Assembly (NCBI GenBank): GCA_041394985.1
Contig: JAWLBI010000001.1
Location: forward strand, 2,198,882 to 2,262,881
Direction: 5' to 3'
Origin: Candidatus Zixiibacteriota bacterium
GTDB taxonomy: Bacteria; Zixibacteria; MSB-5A5; GN15; JAAZOE01
Length of the DNA stretch: 64,000 bases
Under the pieces are notes generated by a model, which worked only from the letters and a program-made list of their open reading frames with translations, did no database searches and was not told the origin of the DNA. This document shows, piece after piece, positions 17,201 through 27,394 of this stretch. Positions within the stretch are counted from its first letter, which is position 1; each line of letters starts with the position of its first letter. Made by a program: the position numbers and the translations under genes.

Positions 17201-18724
17201 ATGGGTACGGCAGTGAAATTTCTAACAGGCATAGTGCTCGGCGCATTTCTTATATTGGCCGGGTGCAGTACCGAGATTGATCCTCCCAACAGCGTTTCCA
17301 GTTTGCCGGATCAGCCGGAGACCCCGCGCGGATTGACCGCAGCCATCGGCGACGGCACGATTGCCTTGAGCTGGACAGTCAGTACGCCGTCGGCTATCAG
17401 CCGTTACAAAATTTATTACACTGATGTGGAAGATGACGAGCCGATGCTGCTCGATTCATCCACGACAACGACTTATACCGCCGCCGGATTGACCAATGGC
17501 CGCGCCTACTATTTCAGCGTCGCCGCCGTGACGACCGGACATATTGAAGGAGTCAAATCGTCGGCTCTCCAGGCCACGCCGGGGATATTCTCCATCAATA
17601 TCAATCAAGGAAACGAGTTCACGAACAGCCGATCGGTGTCGGTCGGGTTGACGGCTCCGTCAGGTGTGTCGCTGGTGCAATTATCCGAAAGCAATACCTT
17701 TGTCGGCGCGCACTGGGAAAATTACGCGGCGACAAAGTCATTCCAGCTGTCCGATGGTGACGGCGTCAAGCATGTTTATGCGCAATTCCAGATCAACGGC
17801 GGTGGGCTGTCTACCGGATCGATAACCGATGATATTATACTCGATCGCGTTGCTGCCATTGATTCCGTAACGGAAAACACCGGCGGTACCGTGTTGGGCC
17901 CCGGGGATGAAGTGATCTTTACGGTATATACCAAAGAAACCGGAGGAGAGGCCTCAGCCACGATCGAAGGTATCGGAACACTTGAACTGCAGGAATCTAC
18001 GGCGGGTGTTTATTCTTATACTTACATCGTTCCGATCGCAACGGAATTGACGGATGCCGAAATCACCGGTCACTTCACCGATGCCGCGGGAAACGATGCT
18101 CCGGATGTCAAGGCGACGACGCTGTTAAACGCGACGTATCCGCCGGAAGCGGTGACGGCGAGTGGATTTGCCGAATCGTCTCTCGAAATATTACTCGAGT
18201 GGACGAAATCGAATGCGGTAGATTTCTCAAGTTATCGGATTTTCAGGAGTATGTCTGCCGGAGTGACCGAACACTCGACGCTGGTAACCACGATAACGAA
18301 TCAATCATCGCTGACGTATCGCGATACGGCGCTGGCCGACACGACCGAATATTTCTATCGCGTCTATGTGTATGATGCAAATGGCAATTTTACGCCGTCA
18401 AATGAACTGTCGCTGACGACGATGCAGAATCAGCCGCCGCGGGCGGTATCAATTGCGGTGACGCTGAACAGTGAAGCCTTATCGTCGACAGTGAGCTGGG
18501 AGCGTTCGAACGAAACCGATTTTCAGGCGTATCATGTCATTCGGAGTGAGAATGTCATCACCGGCTATAACAGCGATGATGTTATCAGTATCGTCAATGA
18601 ACAGGGAACGACATCGATTACGGATTATGTGCCTTCGGCGAGTAATTACTATTATCAGGTGTATGTCGTCGATAAGCAGGGACTCATGACCGGTTCGAAT
18701 GTGATTTCTATAGTGATTCAATAA
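17201..18724 (+). CDS. fibronectin type III repeat lipoprotein
   Basis: 507 aa. Lipobox ILAGCS. It has at least three FN3-like units (LSWTVS...YKIYY...YYFSVAAV; LEWTKS...YRIFRS...YFYRVYVY; VSWERS...YHVIRS...YYYQVYVV). Confidence 0.7.
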   Translation: MGTAVKFLTGIVLGAFLILAGCSTEIDPPNSVSSLPDQPETPRGLTAAIGDGTIALSWTVSTPSAISRYKIYYTDVEDDEPMLLDSSTTTTYTAAGLTNGRAYYFSVAAVTTGHIEGVKSSALQATPGIFSININQGNEFTNSRSVSVGLTAPSGVSLVQLSESNTFVGAHWENYAATKSFQLSDGDGVKHVYAQFQINGGGLSTGSITDDIILDRVAAIDSVTENTGGTVLGPGDEVIFTVYTKETGGEASATIEGIGTLELQESTAGVYSYTYIVPIATELTDAEITGHFTDAAGNDAPDVKATTLLNATYPPEAVTASGFAESSLEILLEWTKSNAVDFSSYRIFRSMSAGVTEHSTLVTTITNQSSLTYRDTALADTTEYFYRVYVYDANGNFTPSNELSLTTMQNQPPRAVSIAVTLNSEALSSTVSWERSNETDFQAYHVIRSENVITGYNSDDVISIVNEQGTTSITDYVPSASNYYYQVYVVDKQGLMTGSNVISIVIQ

Positions 18725-18748
18725 TCCGACTTTTCAGGATGTGAAGAT

Positions 18749-19606
18749 ATGTCGCAAGCCGTCCGATTCGGTGAATTCTCTTTTCTCTATCGTCAGGTAT
18801 TGCGGCAGATGTTGCGCATTGCGCTCTGGCTGCCGCTTCTGCTGCAAGGGCTGTTGACCATCGGTCTGGCCTTCGCCCATGAGAATATGTTTTCCACCGT
18901 TTTCGGACCGATTCTCGAAGGTTGGGTGAAGTTCTTGTATACGCCCGAGGCGGCTCGGGCCTTTTTCTTTTATCCCGATCATTACCTGATTCTCCCGGCG
19001 ATTTTCAGCGCCTCGACGCGCGTATTCAGTTTTATCTGTGAAGCATTTTTCTTTGCCGTCTTCAGCGATCTTCTGATTGCGCTGTATCGCGGCGAAAAGC
19101 CGATTATCGGGCAGGCGTTCAGCCATGCCTTTAAAAGCTATATCAAGCTGACGGTATCATGGGCGGTGCTGCTCCTGGTTCTCTATTTCGTCTCGACTTA
19201 TTTTTATTCGTTTCTGGAGAACGTCCTCGGATTTTCACTGCATACTGCTCCGAGGCGGCAGTTTCTTGCCCTCATAATGCTGCACGGTGTGAATGTCCTG
19301 ATATATATGCCGTTTATATATGTCATTCCCAGTATCATGGCCGGGGGGGCCGCATGGTGGCCGGCGATAACACGAGCCGTCCGACTGACTATCAAGCATC
19401 CGTTCATAACGTTGGCCATCGTCGCCATTCCCTACACGATTGCCGCAGTTCCCTCGTTGCCGCTTTCCTATACGCGAAAAATTATTTCAATTTTCAATCC
19501 GGAGTTGGTATTCCAGTTGATGCTGGTGGTAATCGTCATCAATATCCTGGCCAACTTCGTTCTGCTGGGAGCGGCCGTGAAATTCTTTATGGATAAAAAC
19601 GAATAG
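18749..19606 (+). CDS. hypothetical polytopic membrane protein
   Basis: 285 aa with about 7 hydrophobic helices and no recognisable motif. It lies 3 nt upstream of the histidine kinase gene. Confidence 0.5.
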   Translation: MSQAVRFGEFSFLYRQVLRQMLRIALWLPLLLQGLLTIGLAFAHENMFSTVFGPILEGWVKFLYTPEAARAFFFYPDHYLILPAIFSASTRVFSFICEAFFFAVFSDLLIALYRGEKPIIGQAFSHAFKSYIKLTVSWAVLLLVLYFVSTYFYSFLENVLGFSLHTAPRRQFLALIMLHGVNVLIYMPFIYVIPSIMAGGAAWWPAITRAVRLTIKHPFITLAIVAIPYTIAAVPSLPLSYTRKIISIFNPELVFQLMLVVIVINILANFVLLGAAVKFFMDKNE

Positions 19607-19609
19607 GAC

Positions 19610-21712
19610 ATGGATACCTCACTCCAGTCAGCGTTGTCGCTTTCCAGTATACTCCAAATCATTATAATTGCATTTACTGCCGTGCGCAGCCGCTTGAAGC
19701 GCTATGCGCTGCCGCTTATGGCCTTCGCCATCGTCAACCTCATCGGCATTGCTTCGATGTATTTCGAAACCGGCGATTCGATCTCGCTGTGGGCGATAGG
19801 ATATTACCTGCTGTTTATTTACCTCGCCTGGATGCCCGGCGTGTGGCTCTGGTTATGCGCGAGGTGGGCCATAGATGCCAAATCGTATCCGAAGCATCGC
19901 AAGATTGCCGTCTGGATCGGGTTTGTTGCCTCCTGTCTTTTCACGATAGGATTCATTTATATTCGCGAAATCGACGTGTCGATGATTAATAATCGCTGGT
20001 TTATTACGCTCGGCGGCTGGCGATACTGGTACGGCGCGTACTTCGTGCTGGCCTTAACGACCGGTATTTATTTTATCGAAACCTGTTACCGGTCGGCATT
20101 GGGGCTGTCTCGGGAAAAAATTAAAAAATCATTCTTCCTCCTGATTTCGGCCGGTGTTTGCTATTTATCCGTCATAACCGTCGGCTTCCTGTACGGGCAA
20201 ATCAGCGACTGGATTTTCGTCTTTGTCACGATCATGATAATGGTTGATTCGGTGCTTCTTACGCGGCACTTCCTGCGTTTTAATTTCAATGCAAACAGCG
20301 TCATTCTGACGAAAAAAGGCGTGTATTCTTCGCTGACTATTGTTTTACTGGGGATCTATTTTCTTATAATCGGATCCGTGGGCGAATTTTTGGTGTCGTT
20401 TGACCTCGATGAGGGGTTGTTTTTTACACTTGTCGTGTTGTCCCTCATTGTCGTAACGTTGGCGATTTTGCTGTTTTCGCAAGTGTATCGGGCGCGCACG
20501 GAATCCATCACCGAGGATTCATCTCCATACAAATCGGAATCTGTGTACGGCGTCGAATGGAAGGAGTTCGCTGAAGAGATTTCCGTTCTCCTCAGCATCG
20601 ACAAGATATTCGATCGCAGCAGTCATTTGCTGTACCGGTTGTTGAAAATTGAGGACTGCTTCTTTGTCATTAAAGAACCGCTGCCGTCGCCGAATTACAC
20701 GCTGTATGTCAAGGGCGAAGCGAGCCGCGGCATTTCCGGGCAGCATATCGAAAATCTCGGCGAATGGCTGTATCGATATGCCCGGCCGATAGAACTGGGA
20801 ACGCTCAAGGAACAGGCGCCGAGTGAATTCGAGCAGATCGAACACATCACCGGGCAGTTGTCATTCGAGCCGTTTATTCTTGTTCCGCTGGCGGCCCGCC
20901 AGCAATTGTTAGGATTTTGGGGCGTGGGGACGCATGCATCGGGACGCGATTTGGCATCCGAGGAGATCGCGTTTATCGAGGCCGCGGCCAGCCCGCTCGC
21001 ACTGACGATCCTGACTGCGCGCATTACCGATGAACTCATCGTCTCGCAGGAGATCGAATCCTATCATCGCTTCTCGTCGTTCGTTTTGCATGATTTGAAA
21101 AACTCCGTCGGTATGCTCTCGATGCTGTTGCAGAACGCCGAGAACAACATGGATGATCCCGAATTCCAGCGCGAGGCGCTCATTACCATAAAACGGGCGG
21201 TCGAAAGGCAGCAGAAAATTATATCGCGTCTGACCGAGCAAAAGACCGACGAGCGGTTGGCGCTCGAATCGGTCGAATTGAAAGCGCTTATTGACGATGC
21301 TCTTAATCGAATCAGGTTCGAGACAATATCGAAAATCGAATTGTCCAGTGATGTGCCGGCCGGATGCCCTGTCAAGGTCGACCGAGAAAAGGTTGGCTCC
21401 GTCTTCGATAATTTGCTGATGAATGCAGTCGAGGCCATGCCGAACGGCGGCTCGTTGAAAATTCGGCTCTCTGTTGAATCGGCCGAGAATTCACTTCGTG
21501 GCGTCTCATTTACTGATACGGGAGGCGGCATGGACGAGGAGTTTATCGCGACTCGTTTGTTCAAGCCGTTCAGCTCAACGAAAAAGCATGGACTGGGAAT
21601 CGGCATGTACCAGTCGCGAGAAATCATAAAGCAACACGGCGGCCGACTGGATGTTGCCAGTCAGCCGGGACAAGGAACGACATTCACGGTATATTTGCCT
21701 GCGGTGGAGTAA
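19610..21712 (+). CDS. prsK: polytopic sensor histidine kinase, PrsK-like (PEP-CTERM-system type)
   Basis: 700 aa. About 300 aa of N-terminal TM helices, a GAF-like middle region, H-box FSSFVLHDLKNS, and HATPase N/G boxes (LLMNAVEAMP, DTGGGM, GLGIGM). Confidence 0.7.
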   Translation: MDTSLQSALSLSSILQIIIIAFTAVRSRLKRYALPLMAFAIVNLIGIASMYFETGDSISLWAIGYYLLFIYLAWMPGVWLWLCARWAIDAKSYPKHRKIAVWIGFVASCLFTIGFIYIREIDVSMINNRWFITLGGWRYWYGAYFVLALTTGIYFIETCYRSALGLSREKIKKSFFLLISAGVCYLSVITVGFLYGQISDWIFVFVTIMIMVDSVLLTRHFLRFNFNANSVILTKKGVYSSLTIVLLGIYFLIIGSVGEFLVSFDLDEGLFFTLVVLSLIVVTLAILLFSQVYRARTESITEDSSPYKSESVYGVEWKEFAEEISVLLSIDKIFDRSSHLLYRLLKIEDCFFVIKEPLPSPNYTLYVKGEASRGISGQHIENLGEWLYRYARPIELGTLKEQAPSEFEQIEHITGQLSFEPFILVPLAARQQLLGFWGVGTHASGRDLASEEIAFIEAAASPLALTILTARITDELIVSQEIESYHRFSSFVLHDLKNSVGMLSMLLQNAENNMDDPEFQREALITIKRAVERQQKIISRLTEQKTDERLALESVELKALIDDALNRIRFETISKIELSSDVPAGCPVKVDREKVGSVFDNLLMNAVEAMPNGGSLKIRLSVESAENSLRGVSFTDTGGGMDEEFIATRLFKPFSSTKKHGLGIGMYQSREIIKQHGGRLDVASQPGQGTTFTVYLPAVE

Positions 21713-21713
21713 T

Positions 21714-23072
21714 ATGGGTACGGATAAATTCACGATATTGATAGTCGACGATGACGAAGGATTCCGCTCGCAATTGAGGTGGGCGCTCAAGGGCGAATAT
21801 GATGTCGTCGAGGCGGAAAACGTCGAAGACGCCATTGCTGCCGCCAATGAACATCGCCCGTATGTCGTTCTTCAGGATATCGCATTGAGCAGCAGGGAAG
21901 ATGCCGCCGAGGGGCTCGAACTGATCGGCAAGTACCTGAAAATCCAGCCATACTGTAAAGTCATGATGGTCACCGGTCACGGGCACAATGAAAACGCCAT
22001 CGCCGCCATTGGTTTGGGAGCATATGATTTTTTCAGCAAGCCGGTCGATATCGATCAGTTGAAAATTATGATAAGGCGCGGGACGCGCGTCGCCAAACTG
22101 GAGCAGGAAAACAACGAATTATCGGCGCGACTGGCCCAAGTAAAAAGCTATGAGAGTCTCATCGGGGATTCTCAGGCGATGCTCGAAATTTATAGGATTA
22201 TCGACACCGTTTCGACGACCGATTATACCGTATTAATAACCGGTGAATCAGGTACCGGTAAAGAACTTGTGTCTAAGGCCATCCATTCCGCCAGCCCGCG
22301 AGCCAAGCATCCATTCATCACTATTAATTGCGGAGCCATTCCGGAAAACCTGCTGGAGTCCGAATTGTTCGGGCATGAAAAAGGCGCCTTCACCGATGCC
22401 CATGCCCAGAAAATCGGGAAATTCGAACTGGCTGACAAAGGAACGATTTTCCTCGATGAAATCGGCGAGTTGTCTCTCAGTTTACAGGTTAAACTCCTGC
22501 GCGTTCTGGAAGACCATAAGATCGAGCGAATCGGCGGGCGAGAGATGATTTCATTGGATGTCCGCGTCCTTGCCGCTACGAACCGCAATCTTCTCACTGA
22601 GGTATCCAACGGCAGATTCCGGGAAGACCTCTATTATCGCCTCTCCGTTATCGCCATCGACATGCCGCCCCTGAGGGACCGCGGTGACGATATCCTGCTT
22701 CTGGCGAATACGTTCCTGAAGCGGTACGGCGCCGAGAACGGCCGCCCGAATTTGTCCTATACCGAGGCGGCGGCGCGGTCGATTGCATCATATAATTGGC
22801 CGGGAAATGTCCGCGAGCTCGAGAATAAAATCAAGCGGGCCGTTATTATGGCTCAGGATAAGAAAATCAAGCCGAAAGATCTCAATCTGCCGACCGTCTC
22901 CGGCGGCGGCGAGCGCCCGACGCTGCAATCGGTCAGGGAAGATGCCGAGCGGGAATATCTGGTCGAATCATTGGTTCGAAATAACTGGAATATCTCGCGG
23001 GTCAGCCGGGAGATAGGGACATCCAGGACGACTCTGTATGATCTTATTGAGAAGTATAATTTGAAAAAATAA
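21714..23072 (+). CDS. prsR: sigma54-dependent response regulator, PrsR-like
   Basis: The ATG at 21714 is 2 nt after the kinase stop. It has a REC domain with the unusual segment DIALSSREDAAEGLELI seen in PEP-CTERM-box regulators, an AAA+ domain (GESGTGKE, GAFTDA, ESELFGHEKGAF) and a C-terminal HTH. Confidence 0.75.
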   Translation: MGTDKFTILIVDDDEGFRSQLRWALKGEYDVVEAENVEDAIAAANEHRPYVVLQDIALSSREDAAEGLELIGKYLKIQPYCKVMMVTGHGHNENAIAAIGLGAYDFFSKPVDIDQLKIMIRRGTRVAKLEQENNELSARLAQVKSYESLIGDSQAMLEIYRIIDTVSTTDYTVLITGESGTGKELVSKAIHSASPRAKHPFITINCGAIPENLLESELFGHEKGAFTDAHAQKIGKFELADKGTIFLDEIGELSLSLQVKLLRVLEDHKIERIGGREMISLDVRVLAATNRNLLTEVSNGRFREDLYYRLSVIAIDMPPLRDRGDDILLLANTFLKRYGAENGRPNLSYTEAAARSIASYNWPGNVRELENKIKRAVIMAQDKKIKPKDLNLPTVSGGGERPTLQSVREDAEREYLVESLVRNNWNISRVSREIGTSRTTLYDLIEKYNLKK

Positions 23073-23264
23073 GTCCGGCAATTACCCTCTCCATAAATAC
23101 GCCACTGTCCAAATGACAGCGGTGAAGCAGCTTAAGTATCCTTGCTCGATTTATCTGTTCAAAATACCAGTTTTTGCACATTTACCGCTAAATCTTATAA
23201 CCCAAGCAACCGATTATATAACTATACCATAGTGTGTTACGGGTTTTTTTGTGGGAAGTAACGG

Positions 23265-24698
23265 ATGAAAAAAGTACTCCTTGTAGACGACGATGTTGAA
23301 CTGTCACAGTCACTTATGAACTTATTTGACCCGGACAAATACAGTTTTCATCATCTCGCAGACGGTCAGGATACTGCTCGATATGTCGAAGACAATCGAG
23401 AGGATCTCGATCTTATCATGCTTGACGTCAACTTACCTTCCTGTTCCGGACTGGATGTCCTTAAGAATATAAAAGATATCAGTAAGGAAACGCCGGTGAT
23501 CGTTATCTCCGGTTTCGTTTCCACTGAGAACGCCATGGAGGCGATGCGCGAAGGTGCCTATGAATATTTGACCAAGCCGTTCGAATTGAGCAAGCTGATC
23601 GACATCGTCAATAAGGCCTGCGGATACTCGCATGAAGCGACGAGAAAAGCGATCGAAAAGCCGACTCATGATGAAGAAGCCATGGCTGACGAAATCATCG
23701 GTCAGTCACCGGAAATCGTGGAGATCGCCAAGCTCATCGGCCAGGTTGCCAAAACCGATGCTTCGGTGCTCATCTTCGGCGAGTCGGGTACCGGTAAGGA
23801 ACTCGTCGCCCGCGCGATTCATCGCAACAGCCTCCGCAGAAACAACATGATTCTGTCGGTCAACTGCGCGGCTCTGTCCGACACGCTCCTTGAGTCCGAA
23901 TTATTCGGTCACGAAAAAGGCGCCTTTACCGGAGCCTATTTCAAACGAATCGGTAAATTCGAGCAGTGCGACAAGGGCACGATATTCCTCGATGAAGTCG
24001 GCGATATGTCCATGCTGACGCAGGGGAAAGTCCTGCGCGTATTGCAGGAAAAGCAGTTCGAGCGCCTGGGCGGCAACGACCCGATTAATGTCGATGTTCG
24101 CGTCATCGCCGCGACGAATAAGTCGCTGGTGCAGTCGATGAAGGACGGCTCGTTCCGAGTCGACCTGTTCTATCGTCTTAAGGTTGTCTCGATTTACATC
24201 CCGCCGCTGCGGGAACGCAAAGAAGATATTCCTCTTCTGATAGATCATTTCATTCAGCGTTATAATAATACGCTCAGCAAGAACATCCGCGGCGTATCCA
24301 AAAAAGCCAAGGCGCACCTGACGAAGTACATCTGGCCGGGCAATGTCCGTGAACTGGAGAATAATATCCACACGGCCATGGTGATGTCCAAGAATGATAC
24401 CCTCGATGTCGAGGACTTCCCGGTGTGCAACGAAGACGCCAATACGGTGGAAATCGACCTCGAAGGATTGCAGGACAATTATACCGAGATGTTCAGCCGA
24501 ATCATCGACCCGGTATTCCCGAAACTGGTCAGCAATTCCGAGGGGCGGATTTATCACCTGATGCAGTCTTCAATGGAGAAGGCACTCATCGCCGCCTGCC
24601 TGAAACATTTCAATTCGAATCAGGTCAAGGCGTCGGATATGCTGGGGATTTCCAGAAACACGCTGCGCGACAGGATTAGCAAATACGGCATTTACTAA
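23265..24698 (+). CDS. sigma54-dependent Fis-family response regulator (NtrC-like)
   Basis: 477 aa. REC domain (LDLIMLDVNLP), AAA+ domain (GESGTGKE, ESELFGHEKGAFTGA), and Fis-type HTH (ASDMLGISRNTLRDRISKYGI). Confidence 0.85.
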   Translation: MKKVLLVDDDVELSQSLMNLFDPDKYSFHHLADGQDTARYVEDNREDLDLIMLDVNLPSCSGLDVLKNIKDISKETPVIVISGFVSTENAMEAMREGAYEYLTKPFELSKLIDIVNKACGYSHEATRKAIEKPTHDEEAMADEIIGQSPEIVEIAKLIGQVAKTDASVLIFGESGTGKELVARAIHRNSLRRNNMILSVNCAALSDTLLESELFGHEKGAFTGAYFKRIGKFEQCDKGTIFLDEVGDMSMLTQGKVLRVLQEKQFERLGGNDPINVDVRVIAATNKSLVQSMKDGSFRVDLFYRLKVVSIYIPPLRERKEDIPLLIDHFIQRYNNTLSKNIRGVSKKAKAHLTKYIWPGNVRELENNIHTAMVMSKNDTLDVEDFPVCNEDANTVEIDLEGLQDNYTEMFSRIIDPVFPKLVSNSEGRIYHLMQSSMEKALIAACLKHFNSNQVKASDMLGISRNTLRDRISKYGIY

Positions 24699-24737
24699 AC
24701 CTGCGCGAAACCTCATGATTTAGTCTTTTCTTTCCGG

Positions 24738-24766
24738 TTGCGGCTCAGAATGTGACTGCGTATATT
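24738..24766 (+). promoter_or_regulatory. possible sigma70-type promoter giving a leaderless nurA transcript
   Basis: TTGCGG, a 17-nt spacer, then TATATT ending 5 nt before the ATG at 24772. There is no Shine-Dalgarno sequence in between. Confidence 0.3.
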
Positions 24767-24771
24767 TTTCC

Positions 24772-25842
24772 ATGCAGTCGGAAACCCGCGAATACAATGT
24801 CATAGATGATACCATCGTGCGCCGCACGGCCTCGGAGATTCAACTCCTGTTTCGGCCGGATGCGCCGCAGCCTGCCCTCTCAGGTACCGGGACGACGGAG
24901 AAAGCCCCTCCGCTGATTGATGATATTACATCAGTGCCGCCGGTGACAATACGCTCAATAGAATCAGATGCTGTCGTTTACGCAATCGACGGCGGCTCAT
25001 CGGTTATCGCCAAGGGCGGCAATGTCGAGGTTATCTGCTGGCGGGCCGGATATGTATGCTTCAAAGGCATTCACCGGGAGGGCGAATTCTGCGAGTCCCC
25101 AAACATCCTTGCCTATAACCGGCTTAACATAAACTCAATCATCAATGATTTTCTCGCGGGAACGGATTTCAAACGAGTAATGGATGAAACTCCACTCAGC
25201 CCCGTCAATGAATTGCGCTGGATGAGTGAATGGATGCTGTTGCGGCGATTAATCGATGAAGCGCCCGAAGGGTCACTAATCCTCATGGACGGCACTCTGC
25301 GGGCCAATCCGTTTTTCGATGTCAAGCCTCAGCATGACCTATTCAAAAAGGCGGCCCAAAACGGCATTCATATCGCATCCGTCACAAAGACAAGTTCGCT
25401 TTCATTGGACAAAGCTATCCCGATAGATATTATGGAGATCGGAGCGGATGAGCAAAGTAAAACATGGTATCGCCAGCTCAACATGTCATTGCCAAAGGAT
25501 TCCCCGTGGCTGGGCGATGTGTATCTGGCCGGACTGCATCCCGGCGCAGACAAACGATACCGTGTGGATATCAATCGCTATGACACCGAGGCGGTCGACA
25601 GGATTTTCTCGATACTGGTTTCGGTATCGGACGATACCGAATTCGCCGGATACCCATATCCTTTGGTAGCGGCGCATCGGCAGGCGCGAATCGATTTACT
25701 GTTCAAACAATCAATCATCGAGGCACTCGGTGAGGAATTGAACCGCCTTGACTTTTCCGATGGCTTGTGGCATTTTCTGACCGGTGATATTCACGATAAA
25801 CTCAACGCAGATGTTCTGGAGATAGCGGCGCATGAGCAGTAA
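24772..25842 (+). CDS. nurA: NurA-domain nuclease
   Basis: 356 aa. AIDGGS, ELRWMSEWMLL, ILMDGTL, SVTKTSSL and GYPYPLVAAHRQARI match the conserved NurA catalytic and structural motifs as I recall them. It overlaps herA by 11 nt. Confidence 0.65.
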   Translation: MQSETREYNVIDDTIVRRTASEIQLLFRPDAPQPALSGTGTTEKAPPLIDDITSVPPVTIRSIESDAVVYAIDGGSSVIAKGGNVEVICWRAGYVCFKGIHREGEFCESPNILAYNRLNINSIINDFLAGTDFKRVMDETPLSPVNELRWMSEWMLLRRLIDEAPEGSLILMDGTLRANPFFDVKPQHDLFKKAAQNGIHIASVTKTSSLSLDKAIPIDIMEIGADEQSKTWYRQLNMSLPKDSPWLGDVYLAGLHPGADKRYRVDINRYDTEAVDRIFSILVSVSDDTEFAGYPYPLVAAHRQARIDLLFKQSIIEALGEELNRLDFSDGLWHFLTGDIHDKLNADVLEIAAHEQ

Positions 25843-27394
25843 AATCATCGGGCGGCTGATAGGGAAATCGGTTGCGGAGTTATCATTCCGCTCATTCCGC
25901 GATAGCTATATCTCCATTGGGAGCATCGTTACGGTCAATGATGAATCGCGCGACCGGACATATTTGCTGCGAGTCATCGATGTCAGCTACGGGCACGAGA
26001 GCAGCGAGGCGAACTGGGCGGAAAAGGCGGCCGGGCGCATGATGGAAGAGGATACTCGCGGCAACGCATATCGCATCCATGACCCCGATCGGCGATTGTA
26101 TAAATTGGTCAAGTGTTCGCCGCTGGGATATGTTTCGAATAATGCCTTTCATCGACCACGCTCGATACCCGAACATTTCTCTCGAGTGCTGACTCCGGAC
26201 GAGGAAACAATGGCATTCCTCCGGGAGTACAGCGGCGATCTTATTGTCGGCCATCTTCGCTGCGGCGAGGATACGCTCAATATTCCTCTCGGCATCGACG
26301 GCACGACACTGTCACAGCATGTCGGTATTTTTGCCACGACCGGTATGGGCAAATCGAATTTGATGAAAGTCCTGGCGGCAGCAATCATGGAACACCCATC
26401 GTATGGATTGCTCATTTTCGACCCGCATGGCGAATATTTCGATGGTGGACAGGGAGGGAAGCGCAAAGGTCTGAAGCATCATCCCTTGGCTGAGAAAAGG
26501 CTCTTTACGCGCAGCTTGAGGAAACTTTCCGGCAATAAAGACACGCTGGCGATACCGCTCAAGGATATCGAAATCGAGGACATCACCCAGATTTTCGGAT
26601 TTTCTCAGGCACAATACGAAGCGCTCCAGGCGATTCGTATCAAATACGGCAAGGAATGGCTGATTAAGCTCATCTCGATCGATATCGAAACGCTCATCGA
26701 GGAACTCCGCGACAGCCGCCTGAATTTCCATGAATCGACCATGGCGGTACTTATTCGCCGAGCCAATCATCTGGCGGAATTCCGAACGGTCACCAAAGAC
26801 AATGACTATGCATCGGTCGGCGATATTGTCGCCAAGGTTCAAAGCGGCAAGGCAGTGTTGATTGATACCGCCAATTTATCTCAGGACGAGGATTTACTCG
26901 TGACATCGGTTATCACTCGCTCTGTACTCAAGAGCTACAAATACAAGTACCAACAGGCCGAAGGGGAATTCGACAAACTTTCGCCTTGTCTGATTATGCT
27001 CGAAGAGGCCCAACGTGTTCTCATGGCATCGGCGGGCGATACCAATATCTTCCACCGCGTCGTCAGGGAAGGCCGTAAATTCAAGGTCGGCCTTGGCGTT
27101 ATTACGCAGCAGCCGAAGCTGCTGTCCGAGGAGCTCCTTTCGCAGCTAAACTCTATGTTCATTCTCGGTCTTGCCGATGAGCGCGACCGCACGATTATGC
27201 GGTCATCATCCAAGCAGGACATTTCATCACTGGGAACCGAAATCCAAACCCTGGCTGCGGGCGAGGCCATATTGACATCTCCGACCGTGCCGTTTGCCCT
27301 GCCATTGAAGATATTCCTCTATGAGGACTACCTTGCACGATTGCCCAAGGATATTGCCAAACCGGCCGAACGACCGGCGGAGGGTTTCTTCTGA
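25832..27394 (+). CDS. herA: HerA-type (DUF87) hexameric ATPase/translocase
   Basis: 520 aa. Walker A is GIFATTGMGKSN and Walker B is CLIMLEEAQ. REGRKFKVGLGVITQQP is typical of HerA/FtsK-like ATPases. Confidence 0.8.
   Translation: MSSKIIGRLIGKSVAELSFRSFRDSYISIGSIVTVNDESRDRTYLLRVIDVSYGHESSEANWAEKAAGRMMEEDTRGNAYRIHDPDRRLYKLVKCSPLGYVSNNAFHRPRSIPEHFSRVLTPDEETMAFLREYSGDLIVGHLRCGEDTLNIPLGIDGTTLSQHVGIFATTGMGKSNLMKVLAAAIMEHPSYGLLIFDPHGEYFDGGQGGKRKGLKHHPLAEKRLFTRSLRKLSGNKDTLAIPLKDIEIEDITQIFGFSQAQYEALQAIRIKYGKEWLIKLISIDIETLIEELRDSRLNFHESTMAVLIRRANHLAEFRTVTKDNDYASVGDIVAKVQSGKAVLIDTANLSQDEDLLVTSVITRSVLKSYKYKYQQAEGEFDKLSPCLIMLEEAQRVLMASAGDTNIFHRVVREGRKFKVGLGVITQQPKLLSEELLSQLNSMFILGLADERDRTIMRSSSKQDISSLGTEIQTLAAGEAILTSPTVPFALPLKIFLYEDYLARLPKDIAKPAERPAEGFF

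Noticed and set aside
21651-21713. Upstream extension of the PrsR-like gene (ORF-track start at 21651)
   Set aside because: It would overlap the kinase gene by 62 nt and add a non-conserved peptide. The ATG at 21714 gives a canonical receiver-domain N-terminus (FTILIVDDD).
23901-24557. 218-aa minus-strand ORF opposite the second sigma54 activator
   Set aside because: Shadow ORF. The + strand has unambiguous REC/AAA+/HTH motifs.
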